Origin: Vicinamibacteria bacterium
GTDB taxonomy: Bacteria; Acidobacteriota; Vicinamibacteria; Marinacidobacterales; Marinacidobacteraceae
Direction of reading: 5' to 3'
NCBI GenBank assembly: GCA_963422395.1
Contig: OY729431.1
Coordinates: forward strand, 2,496,001-2,560,000
Length of the DNA stretch: 64,000 nucleotides
Shown: positions 1 to 11,522 of the stretch, piece by piece
Numbering within the stretch: the first letter of the stretch is position 1
How the letters are laid out: each line of letters opens with the position of its first letter
Translations under genes and position numbers: made by a program
The notes under the pieces: model-generated
The model's input: only the letters and a program-made list of their open reading frames with translations
Databases searched by the model: none
Told to the model about the DNA's origin: nothing

Positions 1-1755
1 CGAGAGATGCACCTGCCGTACCCGGGGAATGTCGGGGCGCCGTGAGACCCGCCCGGAGAGAAAGGACTTGCGGATGCCGCGGCGCCGGACGAAACCGACT
101 CCAGGATCGAAGTTCTTCCCGATCTCGATGAACTTCACGGTTCCCCCGAACCGGTCGTCGTCGTAGGAGAGCCGCCCGCTGGCCAGGCCCGTGCTGTTCT
201 GGCCCGTCTCCTCGAAGACCCGCGCCCAGACGCCCTCGAAGGTCCAGACATCGCGGAAGTACAGGCTGGTATCCAGTCCGGCGACCCGATTGAAGCGGAC
301 ACCGTTGCTCCGGTCGGTGAAGACGGCGCCGACGGTCGAACGCGAGAACAGGTCGCGGCGCACCCGCGCCACGGTGAATCGTTCTCCGGGAGCGCCGCCA
401 GCGGCGGCGGTGGCCATTCCCATGAGCCCCACGGTGTAGGCGCCCTGTCGGCCGGAGAGCCGGCCGCCGCCCAGGATGGGGACCGCCTGCCCCTCATCGG
501 AAAGCCCGATTCGGCGGGTGAAGACGATGTCCGCGTCGCGGCGCTCGCCGAAGGAGAAGTTCCGCTGCCCTTCGAGGAAGATCTGCCGTTTTTCGGGGAA
601 GCGGAGGGAGAATCGGCTGAAGTTGATCTGGAGGTCGTCCACTTCCTCCTGGGCGAAGTCGGTGTTCCAGGTGAAGTCGGCGGTGAGGCCGGGGGTTACC
701 CCCCACTTCAGATCGAGTCCTCCGTCGGCGCGGCGGGCCTCTCCTTCCCACGCCGCGCCGCCGGACAACGCACCGAGCGCGTAGGGCCGGATCTCTATGT
801 TCCGCCCCGGCTGGATGCCCTCGAGCCCGCGCAGTTTGCCGAGTTCGGCGGGGCGGTACCAGGTGGAGTCGTTCGAGACGAACGGCCAGTACACCTCCTC
901 GGTCTTCATCGGCATGTTCCGCTTGAAACCGATGCCGAAGACCAGCGGCTGTCCGGGGAGCGGCGGCCGGAAACGGAGCGACTGGAACGGCACCCGCACC
1001 TCGGCGGTCCAGCCGCCGGGGACGAACTGGCCGCGGGACTCCCAGACGGTGTCCCAGTCGAGGTTCCGGGTCTCGGGCCCCTGCCCGTTCTGGCTCATGT
1101 CGAAAACGATGCCGTTCGCGTTGGTGGCGAGGAAGACCGCGCTCCGCTGGTCGTCGTAGGCGTCGAGCATGATCGCCACTGCGTCGTCGCTGCCGATGTT
1201 CTCGTCACGGAACATCGTCCGGGGACGGCTTCGCTCGGCCGAGCGCTCCGCATGGGGAACCTCGTGTCCCTGGATGCGGTGCTCACCGACCGTACAGAAG
1301 AAACCGAAGTAGAGATTCTCGTCGTCGTAGAGCACCCGCACGATCGTGGATTCGGTGGACGGCAACCCCTCGTCGGTCTCGCGCTCGTAGAAATCGCCGA
1401 TCGGGCGCGCCCGCTCCCAGGCCGCTTCGTCCAGCCAGCCGTCCACCGAGATCCGTTCGCCGATGCGCTCGGCATGGATCTCCCAGCTCCTGGCCTCGAG
1501 CACCCGCACCCGATCCTCGCGGCTCAGCTGCCGCAGCTCGGCGGCAGTCGGCGAGACCGCCGGCGGCGCCGGCAGCAGGGCGGCGGCGCTGCGGCGGCCC
1601 GCGCCGCCGCCGGTGACCCGCTCCCGATCCTGACCCGCCTCGGAATGCCCCGGCCGCTCTTGACCGGCTCCCGCAGCGGCCAGGACCAGGACCGCAGCAG
1701 CAGCGAGCACGGCGCGCGCTGCGGCACCCCCGGGCGAAAGGGTCCGCGTCGGCAT
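1..1755 (-). CDS. CBM9-like/DUF5916 domain secreted protein, 3' end beyond window start
   Basis: Not in the ORF track because it runs off the window. Minus frame from ATG 1755 reads a signal-like N-terminus, ISVDGWLDEAAW, and GLDLKWGVTPGLTADFTWNTDFAQEEVDDLQINFSRFSLRFPEKRQIFLEG, typical of DUF5916 proteins. Confidence 0.8.
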   Translation of the reverse strand, partial: MPTRTLSPGGAAARAVLAAAAVLVLAAAGAGQERPGHSEAGQDRERVTGGGAGRRSAAALLPAPPAVSPTAAELRQLSREDRVRVLEARSWEIHAERIGERISVDGWLDEAAWERARPIGDFYERETDEGLPSTESTIVRVLYDDENLYFGFFCTVGEHRIQGHEVPHAERSAERSRPRTMFRDENIGSDDAVAIMLDAYDDQRSAVFLATNANGIVFDMSQNGQGPETRNLDWDTVWESRGQFVPGGWTAEVRVPFQSLRFRPPLPGQPLVFGIGFKRNMPMKTEEVYWPFVSNDSTWYRPAELGKLRGLEGIQPGRNIEIRPYALGALSGGAAWEGEARRADGGLDLKWGVTPGLTADFTWNTDFAQEEVDDLQINFSRFSLRFPEKRQIFLEGQRNFSFGERRDADIVFTRRIGLSDEGQAVPILGGGRLSGRQGAYTVGLMGMATAAAGGAPGERFTVARVRRDLFSRSTVGAVFTDRSNGVRFNRVAGLDTSLYFRDVWTFEGVWARVFEETGQNSTGLASGRLSYDDDRFGGTVKFIEIGKNFDPGVGFVRRRGIRKSFLSGRVSRRPDIPRVRQVHLS

Positions 1756-1769
1756 CCCGAAGAATCGGT

Positions 1770-2795
1770 TTAGGAGGTGCGCGCGAAACCGGTGGCGATC
1801 TCGGCCAACCACGGCTGGATCGCGCCGTAGAGACCGTCGCGGCAGTGGAAACGGTAGAGGTAGGTGCGGCCGTCCACGAAGTTGTAGATCACCCATTCGA
1901 GATAATCGGCGAGCTGGGTCTCGACCGAGTAGAGCACTGCGATTCCCCGGCCCTCCTCGAGGAGGTCGTGACGGAGCATTCGGTAGTTCTCGCCGAGACC
2001 CGCCGCCGCCGCGCTGTAGAAACCCTCGAGGGTCGTTCCCGGCTGCGCCTGGTTCACGGTGACCTCGAGCGTGGCGTGCACGGTCGCCCCGTCGCTGTCC
2101 ACCGCGAGCGGCCCGCTACGGAAACCGACGAACAGCGTCTCCCCGGCCTGGCGGAGGAAGTGCGAGCGCGTCCAGCTTCGTGGGTAACGGAGCGACAGCT
2201 CGAACGCAGCATCCTCGTAGAGATCGAAATGGCTGGCGGATTCGATCGAGAAACCCTGGTACATGCGGTCCAGCGTGGGCCCGTAGGCGAGCACGCTCCG
2301 CGCCTCCCCGGTGGCGAAGACGCCGTAGAGAACTTCTTCGACCTCGATCAACAGCAGGCGGCCGGATTGCGGCCGCCGCTCCCACTCGAAGCTCCACAAG
2401 AACCCCTCGGCGGCGCCGAGCCGGAACGACCTCTCCGAGAGCACCTTCTGCTCTCCGATGTAGAACCGGTCGGCCAGCTCGCGCAGCGACTGTCCGGCGG
2501 GCGCCGGACCGGCCATCACCTGGACCTGGATGCCGTCTCGCTCCGGGACATCCACCGACGGACCGGTGAAGGTGGTCATGCGAAAGCCGCCCTGCTGGTC
2601 CGCCGCCGAGCTCCAGCCCTGCGGCAGCGGCAGCGACACCGCGATGTCCGGCACATAGACGGTGATGAGCCGCTGCTTCGCGGGATCGCGGCAGGAGAGC
2701 GCAGCGAGCGGCAGGAGCAACAGCGCCGCGGGCGCGAGACGAAACCGAATCGGGAAGGGCCGCGGACGCCGCGTGACTTCACTCACATCGTCCAC
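1770..2795 (-). CDS. Hypothetical lipoprotein with two PsbP/DcrB-like repeats
   Basis: Lipobox-like LAALSC after a hydrophobic stretch; two similar units (SLPLPQGW / SLRYPRSW). Start trimmed to GTG 2795 to avoid overlap with guaB. Confidence 0.6.
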   Translation of the reverse strand: MDDVSEVTRRPRPFPIRFRLAPAALLLLPLAALSCRDPAKQRLITVYVPDIAVSLPLPQGWSSAADQQGGFRMTTFTGPSVDVPERDGIQVQVMAGPAPAGQSLRELADRFYIGEQKVLSERSFRLGAAEGFLWSFEWERRPQSGRLLLIEVEEVLYGVFATGEARSVLAYGPTLDRMYQGFSIESASHFDLYEDAAFELSLRYPRSWTRSHFLRQAGETLFVGFRSGPLAVDSDGATVHATLEVTVNQAQPGTTLEGFYSAAAAGLGENYRMLRHDLLEEGRGIAVLYSVETQLADYLEWVIYNFVDGRTYLYRFHCRDGLYGAIQPWLAEIATGFARTS

Positions 2796-2802
2796 CGAAC
2801 CA

Positions 2803-4317
2803 CTACTCCAGCCGGTAGTTCGGCGCTTCCTTGGTGACCACCACATCGTGCGCATGCCCTTCGCGCTGCCCGGCCCCGGTGACCTGGACGAACTCGGCGC
2901 TCTCGGCGAGTTCAGCGATGGAGCGGCATCCGGTGTAGCCCATCCCCGAGCGGAGTCCGCCGACGAGCTGTTCCACCACCCCGGCCAGCGGCCCCTTCGT
3001 CGGAACCCGCCCTTCGATCCCTTCGGGGACCAGCTTCGACGGCTCGCGGCCGGTCTGGTAGTAGCGGTCCGCGGACCCGCCGCTCATCGCTCCGAGCGAC
3101 CCCATCCCTCGATACCCCTTGAAGGTGCGCCCCTGGTAGAGGATCGTCTCGCCGGGGCTCTCGTCGGTTCCGGCGAACAGATTGCCCACCATCACGCAAT
3201 CGGCGCCGGCGCCGATGGCTTTCACGATGTCGCCGCTGAAGCGGATGCCGCCATCGGCGATCAGCGGCGGACCGCTCGCCGGGCGCACCTGCCGGATCGC
3301 GGAGAACTGCGGCATTCCGGTTCCGGCCACCACTCGGGTGGTGCAGATCGAGCCGGGCCCCATGCCCACTTTCACTCCGTCGGCGCCGGCCTCCACCAGG
3401 TCGCGAGCAGCCTCGGCGGTGGCGATGTTGCCGGCCACCAGGTCCACGCCCTCGGGAAGGCGCTCCCGAAGCCGCCGCACGGTACCGAGGCCGGTCCCGG
3501 TGTGACCGTGCGCAGTGTCCACCACGATCGCATCTACCTGGCGCTCGGCGAGGAGTTCCGCGCGGGCCACCGCAGCCTCCCCCACGCCCACTGCGGCGGC
3601 ACAGCGAAGACGGCCGAAGTCGTCCTTGGTGGCGTCGGGGTAGGCCATCGCCTTCTGGATGTCCTTGACGGTGAGGAGGCCGGCGAGCGTCCCGTGCTCG
3701 TCGAGGACCGGCAGCTTTTCCACCCGGTGCTCGTGCAGGATGGCCTTCGCCTCGTCGAGGGTGGTGCCGAGCGGGGCGGTATGGAGGGGCGAGCGGGTCA
3801 TGAGCTCGGCCACCAGGAGATCGCCGCGGGTCACGAAGCGCAGGTCCCGGCTGGTCAGGATACCCACCAGCCGACCGGTCTCGACCACCGGCAGGCCGGA
3901 AATCCCGTGGCGCTCCATGAGCCCGAGCGCCAGCTCGACCGGAGCGTCGGGGGGAACGGTGACCGGATCCACCACCATGCCGCTCTCCGAGCGCTTCACC
4001 TTGGCCACCTCGTCGGCCTGCTCTTCGGCGGAGAGGTTGCGATGGATCACGCCGATGCCGCCGAGCTGAGCGATGGCGATGGCGAGCCTCGCCTCGGTGA
4101 CGGTGTCCATCGCAGCGCTGACCAGCGGGATGGCGAGGCCGATCCGGCGGCTGAAGCGAGTGCTCACCTCGGTGGCGGCGGGCAGCACCTCCGAATACCG
4201 CGGCTTCAGCAGAACATCGTCGAAAGTGAGCGCGACGGCCGGACCTCGAGCCGGCTCCCGGGGCAGCTCACGAGGTTCGAGAGCGTCTGACGAACCCTGC
4301 GGATCGGAGGTCGGCAC
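2803..4317 (-). CDS. guaB: IMP dehydrogenase
   Basis: [24 protein letters not shown] pair, catalytic [29 protein letters not shown]. Start estimated at GTG 4317; the longer ORF overlaps secA. Confidence 0.95.
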   Translation of the reverse strand: MPTSDPQGSSDALEPRELPREPARGPAVALTFDDVLLKPRYSEVLPAATEVSTRFSRRIGLAIPLVSAAMDTVTEARLAIAIAQLGGIGVIHRNLSAEEQADEVAKVKRSESGMVVDPVTVPPDAPVELALGLMERHGISGLPVVETGRLVGILTSRDLRFVTRGDLLVAELMTRSPLHTAPLGTTLDEAKAILHEHRVEKLPVLDEHGTLAGLLTVKDIQKAMAYPDATKDDFGRLRCAAAVGVGEAAVARAELLAERQVDAIVVDTAHGHTGTGLGTVRRLRERLPEGVDLVAGNIATAEAARDLVEAGADGVKVGMGPGSICTTRVVAGTGMPQFSAIRQVRPASGPPLIADGGIRFSGDIVKAIGAGADCVMVGNLFAGTDESPGETILYQGRTFKGYRGMGSLGAMSGGSADRYYQTGREPSKLVPEGIEGRVPTKGPLAGVVEQLVGGLRSGMGYTGCRSIAELAESAEFVQVTGAGQREGHAHDVVVTKEAPNYRLE

Positions 4318-4331
4318 GGACAGCGGATCGC

Positions 4332-7118
4332 TCAGGCGGCGTGGCACTTCTTGTACTTCTTCCCGCTGCCGCAGGGGCAGGGCTCGTTCCTTCCCACCTT
4401 CTTCTGGCCGCTCCGGACCGGAATCACTCGCCCGCCACGCGGAGCGGCAGGCGCCGGCGTCCGCAGCCCGCCTCCACCGGGAGCAACCGCAGCGATTCCC
4501 GAACCGGCAGCTGCGTCCGCAGCGGCTCCGTTTCCCGCTCCGCTGAGGACCAGGCGCGGCGCGGGGCGTGCCGGCGGAGGCGTCGGAGCGGCGCGAACCG
4601 CTTTGAGCACGAACAGCAGCCGCACCGTTTCCCGCTCGATGCGGTCCCACACCTCCTCGAACAGCGAGAACGACTCCTTCTTGTACTCGATGAGCGGATC
4701 GCGCTGGCCGTAACCGCGAAGGCCGATTCCCTGTTTCAGGTGGTCCATCGAGTACAGATGGTCCTTCCACTGCGCATCGAGGATGTGGAGCATGATGTAA
4801 CGCTCCTGGATGCGCATCAGCTCCGCGCCGATCTCCTGTTCCCTTTCGGTGTACCGCGCGGGAATCGCCTCGGCGAGCAGTTCTACGACCTCGCCGCGCC
4901 CGAGCTCGTCGAAAGGAATGTCGTCTTTCGGTTCCGGAAGAAAGCCGTACTGTCCGCGGATTGCCTCGCGCAGCCCGGGGTAATCCCAATCGTCGGGATC
5001 CACTTCCTTCGAGAGCCGGGAGTCCACCAGGTTTTCCGCGGCGATCGACGCCAGATCGAGAACATATTCCCGCTGATCCTGCCCTTCGAGGATGCGGCGG
5101 CGGAGTCCATAGATGGCGACCCGCTGCTTGTTCATCACATCGTCGTATTCGAGCAGGTGTTTCCGGTAGGAGAAGTTCTGCGCTTCCACCTGTTTCTGGG
5201 CTCGTTCGATCGCCCGGGTAACCATTCCCGCCTCGACGGGAACTCCTTCCTCCATTCCCAGCCGCTGCATGAGCCCGCTCATGCGGCCGCTGCCGAAGAT
5301 GCGCATCAGATCGTCTTCGAGCGAAAGGAAGAACCGGGAGCTCCCCGGATCTCCCTGCCGTCCGGAACGGCCCCGCAGCTGGTTGTCTATCCGCCGGGAC
5401 TCGTGGCGTTCGGTCCCCACGATGTGCAGACCGCCGAGCTCCACCACCTCGTCGTGCGCCGCCCGGGTCTCTTCCCGGGCCTCGGCAACCGCGTTTTCCC
5501 AGACCTCGCCGGGCGCCTCCGTCCAGTCCACCCCTTCCTTGCGGAGCCGCGCCTTGGCGATCTCCTCGGGACTGCCGCCGAGCAGGATGTCCGTGCCGCG
5601 GCCGGCCATATTGGTGGCGATGGTCACCGATCCGGCGCGGCCTGCTTGCGCCACGATCTCCGCCTCGCGCTGATGGTACTTGGCGTTCAGCACCACATGG
5701 GGAACCTGCTGGCGCTTCAGCAGCCGCGCGAGCCGTTCGCTCTTTTCGATCGAGGTCGTGCCGACCAGCACCGGCCGGCCCCGGCGCTGTTCTTCCCGGA
5801 TTTCCTCGGCGATGGCATTCAGCTTTTCGCGCTCGGTGCGATAGACCACATCGGGATATTCGATGCGGACGAGCTCTCGGTTCGTGGGAATGGGAACGAC
5901 TTCGAGCTCGTAGATCTTCTCGAACTCGGCGGCCTCGGTTTCGGCCGTTCCGGTCATGCCCGCGAGCTTCCGATACATGCGGAAGTAGTTTTGGAAGGTG
6001 ATCGTCGCGAGCGTCTGGTTTTCCCGCTCGATCTTCACATTCTCCTTCGCTTCGACTGCCTGGTGGAGGCCGTCGGACCAACGCCGGCCCGGCATGAGAC
6101 GCCCCGTGAACTCGTCCACGATGACGACCTTGCCTTCCTTTACCGTGTAGTCCTTTTCCCGCTTGTAGAGCGCGTGGGCACGGAGCGCCTGCAGCAGATG
6201 GTGCAGCAAGGTCATCTGCTCGGGCTCATAGAGGTTGTCCACCCGCAGCAGCTCTTCCGCCTTCGGAACACCCTCTTCGGTCAGAGTGACCGAGCGGGAT
6301 TTCTCGTCCACGGTGTAGTCCACATCGCGGCGCAGCCGGGGAATGATGCGGTCCACCGTGTAATAGAGATCGGTGGATTGCTCCGCCGGGCCGCTGATGA
6401 TGAGCGGTGTCCGCGCCTCGTCGATCAGGATCGAATCCACTTCATCCACGATGGCGAAATGGAACAGACGCTCCACTTCCTTGCCGTCGCGGCCCCGCTC
6501 GGTACGGGGGAAGATGCGGTGGACGAAGTTCTCGGCGCGGAACTTCATGTTGTCGCGCAGATAGTCGAATCCGAATTCGTTGTTCGTGCCGTAGGTGATG
6601 TCCGAGCCATAGGCGGCGCGTCGTTCCTCGTCGCCCAGGTCATGCTGGATGACTCCCACCTCCAGCCCGAGGAACCGATACAGCCGGCCCATCCAGTCCG
6701 CGTCGCGCCGGGCCAGGTAGTCGTTCACGGTGACCACATGGACTCCCATCCCGGAGAGTGCGTTGAGGACGGCCGGCAGAGTGGCCACCAGGGTCTTTCC
6801 CTCGCCGGTCTTCATCTCGGCGATCCGCCCCTGGTGCAGGATGGCGCCTCCCAGCAACTGCACATCGAAGTGGCGCATCCCGAGGGTGCGCCGCGCCGCC
6901 TCCCGACAGACCGCGAAAGTCTCCGGCATCAGATCGTCGAGCGGCTCGCCGTTTTCGGCCCGCGACCGCAGCGCGGCGATCCGTTCGGGGAACTGCCGGT
7001 CCTCGATCCCGGAGAGTTCCGGCTCGAGAGCACCGACCCTGGCGACGAGCGGCCGCAGCCGCTTCAGCTCGCGCTCCGATTTCTTCCCGACGATGCTGGT
7101 GAGGACCTTCTGGAACAC
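4332..7118 (-). CDS. secA: Preprotein translocase subunit SecA
   Basis: [40 protein letters not shown]-terminal [22 protein letters not shown]. Confidence 0.99.
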   Translation of the reverse strand: MFQKVLTSIVGKKSERELKRLRPLVARVGALEPELSGIEDRQFPERIAALRSRAENGEPLDDLMPETFAVCREAARRTLGMRHFDVQLLGGAILHQGRIAEMKTGEGKTLVATLPAVLNALSGMGVHVVTVNDYLARRDADWMGRLYRFLGLEVGVIQHDLGDEERRAAYGSDITYGTNNEFGFDYLRDNMKFRAENFVHRIFPRTERGRDGKEVERLFHFAIVDEVDSILIDEARTPLIISGPAEQSTDLYYTVDRIIPRLRRDVDYTVDEKSRSVTLTEEGVPKAEELLRVDNLYEPEQMTLLHHLLQALRAHALYKREKDYTVKEGKVVIVDEFTGRLMPGRRWSDGLHQAVEAKENVKIERENQTLATITFQNYFRMYRKLAGMTGTAETEAAEFEKIYELEVVPIPTNRELVRIEYPDVVYRTEREKLNAIAEEIREEQRRGRPVLVGTTSIEKSERLARLLKRQQVPHVVLNAKYHQREAEIVAQAGRAGSVTIATNMAGRGTDILLGGSPEEIAKARLRKEGVDWTEAPGEVWENAVAEAREETRAAHDEVVELGGLHIVGTERHESRRIDNQLRGRSGRQGDPGSSRFFLSLEDDLMRIFGSGRMSGLMQRLGMEEGVPVEAGMVTRAIERAQKQVEAQNFSYRKHLLEYDDVMNKQRVAIYGLRRRILEGQDQREYVLDLASIAAENLVDSRLSKEVDPDDWDYPGLREAIRGQYGFLPEPKDDIPFDELGRGEVVELLAEAIPARYTEREQEIGAELMRIQERYIMLHILDAQWKDHLYSMDHLKQGIGLRGYGQRDPLIEYKKESFSLFEEVWDRIERETVRLLFVLKAVRAAPTPPPARPAPRLVLSGAGNGAAADAAAGSGIAAVAPGGGGLRTPAPAAPRGGRVIPVRSGQKKVGRNEPCPCGSGKKYKKCHAA

Positions 7119-7146
7119 GTAACGATGCCGGGTAAACCGGAGAATT

Positions 7147-7314
7147 CTAGCAGCCTGTGGAAAAAGAGGCGCGAACCCCGAGATCGGACCCGTTCTCCCG
7201 ATGGGAGCCGCCGCGCGGTACCCGGCGGTTTTCCGGGGCGGCCGCTGCCAGCGAGACCGCTCCCACGAGCCGCTTCCGGAGGCGAAGCGGCGTGCTTCTA
7301 CCGCGGACCGCTAC
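7147..7314. mobile_element. Degenerate MITE-like element of the CTAG/GCAGCCTGTGGA family
   Basis: Starts CTAG-CAGCCTGTGGAAAAAGAGGCGCGAACCCCGAGATCGG, similar to the IS end near 13005-13043. Ends with a degenerate inverted copy TTCTACCGCGGACCGCTAC overlapping the M23 stop codon. Confidence 0.6.
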
Positions 7315-8234
7315 GGGGCGTAATCCACGATGTGGTCGAGCGGGTTCTGCGCCCGCTCGTTCAACCAGACCTCGTAGTGGAGGTGCGGCGCGCGGCTCCG
7401 GCCGGTGTTCCCGACGAGCCCCACCAGCTGTCCCCGGCGGAGGCGCTGATTACGGCGGACATGGACCTGCGACAGGTGTGCGTAGCGGGTCACGGTGCCG
7501 AACCCGTGGGAAACCACCACGAACTTTCCGTAGGTCGCGGAAGCCGAGGTCTCGATGACCAAGCCATCTGCGGTGACCCGCACCGGAGTTCCGGTATTCG
7601 CCGAGATATCCACTCCGTAGTGCCATTCCAGATCGCCGGTGAACGGATCGTTGCGGCGCCCGAACCCCGAGGACAGGTACCCGCGAACCGGCCAGATGGA
7701 CGGAGTTCCCGCCAGCAACCGGCTTTTTTCCCGCATCATCCGTTCGAGGGCGGTTCCCTGCTGGTCCAGCGATGCGATCCGGCCCGACAGGTCGTCGATC
7801 CGTTCACTCACATAGTCGTATCCCGCAGCGGTCCCCGAGCCGCCGACACCGCCGATCGGATTGGGAATCGGTTCGGCGCCGGCGAGCACCGCGAGCTTTC
7901 GCATCTGCGCCTCGAGCGATTCGAGCCGACCCGCCATCCGCTCGGTGTCCTGTGCATACCCGCGGTTCAGCCGGCGGAGCAGGTTCCGCTCCTCGGTCAG
8001 CGCCCGGGACGCTGGACTCTGGCGGACGAGGAGCCACCCGTAGTGGACGGCTCCGCCGAGTACCGCGACAGCAGCGAGGCGCAGCGCCCATCGCTTCCAG
8101 CCGGCGACCTGGATCTCGCGGGGGGTGTGCGTTCCCGCCCGGAAAACGATGAACCGGGTGGGACCGCCGCCGGTACGGAGAGGCAGCAGACGCCGGAAGA
8201 ACTCCCGTACCCGATAAGACTTTCCTCGGAACAT
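7311..8234 (-). CDS. M23 family metallopeptidase
   Basis: PSIWPVRGYLSSGFG, HYGVDISA, TRYAHLS, GNTGRSRAPHLHYEV, N-terminal TM plus coiled coil. Start 8234 or 8258. Confidence 0.92.
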   Translation of the reverse strand: MFRGKSYRVREFFRRLLPLRTGGGPTRFIVFRAGTHTPREIQVAGWKRWALRLAAVAVLGGAVHYGWLLVRQSPASRALTEERNLLRRLNRGYAQDTERMAGRLESLEAQMRKLAVLAGAEPIPNPIGGVGGSGTAAGYDYVSERIDDLSGRIASLDQQGTALERMMREKSRLLAGTPSIWPVRGYLSSGFGRRNDPFTGDLEWHYGVDISANTGTPVRVTADGLVIETSASATYGKFVVVSHGFGTVTRYAHLSQVHVRRNQRLRRGQLVGLVGNTGRSRAPHLHYEVWLNERAQNPLDHIVDYAP

Positions 8235-8392
8235 GGACTTCGGCAGGATTTGTAACAAATCGACCCTGGCAATTCAAGTTTCGGACAGGGCAGCTGCCTT
8301 CATCCTCCGGGGCAGCGCTCCCTCGAAACTGCGCCCGAGGGTCGGTGACGACAGCGAAAAAAGGTCACCCGCGGCGCGACCCGAGGGGAAGT

Positions 8393-10069
8393 TCACTCCC
8401 GCCTGTCCGGGGAAGGAGGGGCGGGAGTGCCGAAAGCCTCCGGAGACGGGACATCGGCAGCGGCTCGGAACTGCAGCGCCTCCTCGAAGTGCGCCGGCTG
8501 GAGGACCGTATCGCCGGCGAGATCGGCGATCGTGCGGGCCACTCGGAACGCGCGGGTCACGCCGCGCGCGGACAGGCCGAGGCCGTCCATCGCCCAGGAA
8601 ACCAGCGAGCGAAAGGGGCCCGCGCCACAGGCGCGCTTGACTTCCGCGACCGTGGTCCACGGATGCGCCTTCGCCGCCCGAAATCGCTCGTCGCGGGCAT
8701 GGCGGGCGCGCCGCACCCGCTCCCGGACCACGGCGCTCGACTCGCCCGGGCCGCCGCTGAGCACATCGCGCGAACGCACCGGGCGCACTGTCAGGTGCAT
8801 GTCCATCCGGTCGAGGAGCGGGCCGGAAATGCGCCCTCGATACCGGGCCACCGCCGCCGGGGTACACCGGCACGGCCGACCGCCATCGCCGTGAAAACCG
8901 CAGGGGCACGGATTCATGGCCGCCACCAGCTGGAAGGAAGCAGGAAAACGCAACGAATGCCGAACCCGTCCCACCTGGATGTCTCCGCTTTCGAGCGGTT
9001 GCCGCAGGCATTCGAGCACCGGGCGCTGGAACTCGGGGAGTTCGTCGAGGAACAGCACGCCGTGGTGGGCGAAGGTGATCTCGCCCGGGCTCGGACCCGG
9101 CCCGCCGCCGGCCATCGCCGCATACGAGATCGTGTGATGGGGAGCCCGGAACGGCGGACGGTTGCGAATCCGCGGCGATACCTCGCCGACCGCCGAGCGG
9201 ATGCGCGCCACATCCATCGCCTGGCAGGGGGTCAACTCCGGCAACAGATCGGGCAGGATGCCGACCAGCAGGGTTTTCCCGCTCCCCGGGGGACCGATGA
9301 AGAGCAGGTTGTGCCGGCCCGCAGCGGCGATTTCGAGCGCCCGCCGGGCGCGCGGCTGCCCCTGCACTTCCGCGAGGTCCACTCCGGACCGAGGCTCCGG
9401 CGGCTGCCGCCGCGGCACATGCGCCGGAGGAAGCGTTTCGGCGGCGAGCAAATCCATCGCAGCGCCGAGACTTTCCGCCGGATAGACCCGGAGCCCCGAG
9501 GCCAGCGCCGCCTCATCCGCATTTCCAGGAGGCAGGATCGCCATGCTCATCCCCGCAGCGGCAGCCTCCCAGGCGATCGGCAGCGCGCCGCGCACCGGTC
9601 GGAGAGCGCCGTCGAGCGCCACTTCACCGAGCAGCACCGTCTCGGACAGCCGGCGGCGCGGAACCATCCCCTTCGCGACCAGGATCCCGACCGCCACTGC
9701 CAGGTCGAACCCCGCACCCTCCTTGCGCACTCCGGCGGGAGCCAGATTCACGACGATGTGCGCATTTCCGGGATCGAATCCTCCGTTACGCAGAGCGGTC
9801 CGCACCCGCTGCTGCGCTTCCCGGACCACCGGATCGGGAAGGCCCACCATGTGGAAGCTCGGCTTGTCGGCGGGCTGCAGGTCCACTTCCACCCGAACCA
9901 GCAGACCATCCACCCCGCGAACGGTCCCGGTGCGGGTGACCGCGAGGAGGCGGCCCTCGGCGGCGGTTCGCGGCGGCCGGGGCCCGCCGCCGGGGCCGGG
10001 GGAGCCGTCCGGCGAGGAGGCCGGAGGCGGTATCTCGCCCGAGTCGGGGTGCGAAGAATCGAAGCGCAT
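8393..10069 (-). CDS. comM: YifB/ComM Mg-chelatase-like AAA+ ATPase
   Basis: VNLAPAGVRKEGAGFDLAVA, GPPGSGKT, PFRAPHH, GVLFLDELPEF, AMNPCPCG, ISGPLLDRMD. Start uncertain. Confidence 0.92.
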   Translation of the reverse strand: MRFDSSHPDSGEIPPPASSPDGSPGPGGGPRPPRTAAEGRLLAVTRTGTVRGVDGLLVRVEVDLQPADKPSFHMVGLPDPVVREAQQRVRTALRNGGFDPGNAHIVVNLAPAGVRKEGAGFDLAVAVGILVAKGMVPRRRLSETVLLGEVALDGALRPVRGALPIAWEAAAAGMSMAILPPGNADEAALASGLRVYPAESLGAAMDLLAAETLPPAHVPRRQPPEPRSGVDLAEVQGQPRARRALEIAAAGRHNLLFIGPPGSGKTLLVGILPDLLPELTPCQAMDVARIRSAVGEVSPRIRNRPPFRAPHHTISYAAMAGGGPGPSPGEITFAHHGVLFLDELPEFQRPVLECLRQPLESGDIQVGRVRHSLRFPASFQLVAAMNPCPCGFHGDGGRPCRCTPAAVARYRGRISGPLLDRMDMHLTVRPVRSRDVLSGGPGESSAVVRERVRRARHARDERFRAAKAHPWTTVAEVKRACGAGPFRSLVSWAMDGLGLSARGVTRAFRVARTIADLAGDTVLQPAHFEEALQFRAAADVPSPEAFGTPAPPSPDRRE

Positions 10070-10349
10070 AGGAACATAGACGGGATTCGGAGCGATTTCT
10101 TCCCACTTTTTTCGGTTGTCGGGAAAAGTCGTCTGTGTGAGAGCAGCCGCGTTCCCGCAGCGGATAGGATTCGCTGCTGCTGCAGGCGGCTGCGGTCGCG
10201 CTCTAGAGCGGCGGGGCGGCGCTTCACTGGAGTCGGTCCCGTCGGCGGTTCGGGCACGGAGGCGCGAACCCGGGCTCTCGAAGAGCGGCGGCGGGACTGC
10301 CGGAGCGCGGCCCTCGCCGGCGGTCCCTGCCCACGACCCCCGCCACGAC

Positions 10350-11081
10350 ATGGACATCCTGACTCTGCTCACCGCCGCGGGCGCCGGCGTACTGTCGTTC
10401 CTCTCGCCGTGCGTGCTCCCCCTGGTTCCCGGTTACATCTCGTTCGTGTCGGGATCATCGCTGAGCGATCTGGCGGGGGGCGCTCAAGACGCCGCCGCTC
10501 GGGGGCGCCGGCGGCGGGTCATCCGGAACACCGTCGCCTTCGTGCTCGGGTTTTCCCTCGTGTTCGTCGCGATGGGCGCTTCGGCGACCTACGCAGGACA
10601 ATGGCTCGCGGGGAACCGGGTGCTGCTCGGCCGGATCGCCGGAACGGTGATCGTGGTGTTCGGGCTCCATGTCATGGGGCTCTTCAAGATTCCGTTCCTG
10701 AATGTGGAGAAGCGCTTCCACTCGAACCGGGAGCCGGTCAGCCTGTTGGGCTCGTTCGGGATCGGATTGGCTTTCGCCTTCGGCTGGTCGCCCTGTATCG
10801 GCCCCATCCTCGCCGGAGTGCTGGTGCTGGCGGCGAGCCGAGAGACCGTGGGGCAGGGCATCGTATTGCTGAGCGTCTATTCCGCCGGGCTCGGAATCCC
10901 GTTCCTGCTCACCGGCATCGCGGTGGACCGATTCTTCGCCCTCTCGGCTCGGGCCAAGCGCCACTTGCGGGTAGTGGAGATCGTCGCCGGCGCGCTGCTC
11001 ATCGTGATCGGAGTGCTGGTGTTCACCGACAGCCTGCAGGCGCTTTCGCGTTACCTCACCTTCCTGCCCGTCCTCGGCTGA
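10350..11081 (+). CDS. ccdA: Cytochrome c biogenesis protein CcdA
   Basis: SFLSPCVLPLVPGYI and FGWSPCIGPIL motifs, multiple TM helices, ATG at 10350. Confidence 0.92.
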   Translation: MDILTLLTAAGAGVLSFLSPCVLPLVPGYISFVSGSSLSDLAGGAQDAAARGRRRRVIRNTVAFVLGFSLVFVAMGASATYAGQWLAGNRVLLGRIAGTVIVVFGLHVMGLFKIPFLNVEKRFHSNREPVSLLGSFGIGLAFAFGWSPCIGPILAGVLVLAASRETVGQGIVLLSVYSAGLGIPFLLTGIAVDRFFALSARAKRHLRVVEIVAGALLIVIGVLVFTDSLQALSRYLTFLPVLG

Positions 11082-11103
11082 ACCTTCTCCTCGGGGGTAT
11101 TCC

Positions 11104-11490
11104 ATGCCGCAACTGCTCGCTCTTTCCGCTCTGCTGGCCTTCGGGCTCACCGCTCAGGAACCCTGGGAGGTTCCCGAGGAGGCGCGCACGACTCCGAATC
11201 CGGTGCCGGGCGGCGAGGCGGCCGTTGCCGCCGGCAAGACCGCTTACGACGCTCGCTGCGCCTCCTGCCACGGCGACACCGGCAAGGGGGACGGGAAGGC
11301 CACGCGGTTCATCAAACCCGCGCCGGCAGACATCTCCACCGCCGAGGCTCGGGATCGGATGACCGACGGCGAGATGTTCTACAAGATCACCGAAGGCAGG
11401 AAACCGATGCCCGGGATGGCGCGAACCCTGAGTGAAGAGGAACGCTGGCAGGTGGTCCACTACCTTCGGACGCTGCAACCGCTCCGGTGA
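11104..11490 (+). CDS. Monoheme c-type cytochrome
   Basis: Signal peptide, CASCH heme motif, distal MP motif (GRKPMPG). Confidence 0.9.
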   Translation: MPQLLALSALLAFGLTAQEPWEVPEEARTTPNPVPGGEAAVAAGKTAYDARCASCHGDTGKGDGKATRFIKPAPADISTAEARDRMTDGEMFYKITEGRKPMPGMARTLSEEERWQVVHYLRTLQPLR

Positions 11491-11522
11491 AACCCCGGAA
11501 GTCCGAGAAAGGAGAACGTCTC

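Noticed and set aside
2803-6081. Apparent 1092-aa extended GuaB
   Set aside because: The N-terminal ~590 aa is an alternative frame overlapping secA; IMPDH homology starts near 4230-4317.
4341-8255. Very long antisense ORFs (1304 aa here; also 8345-11362, 47827-51129, 49367-52393, 55366-58464)
   Set aside because: Shadow frames of well-supported genes in high-GC DNA; no recognisable motifs.
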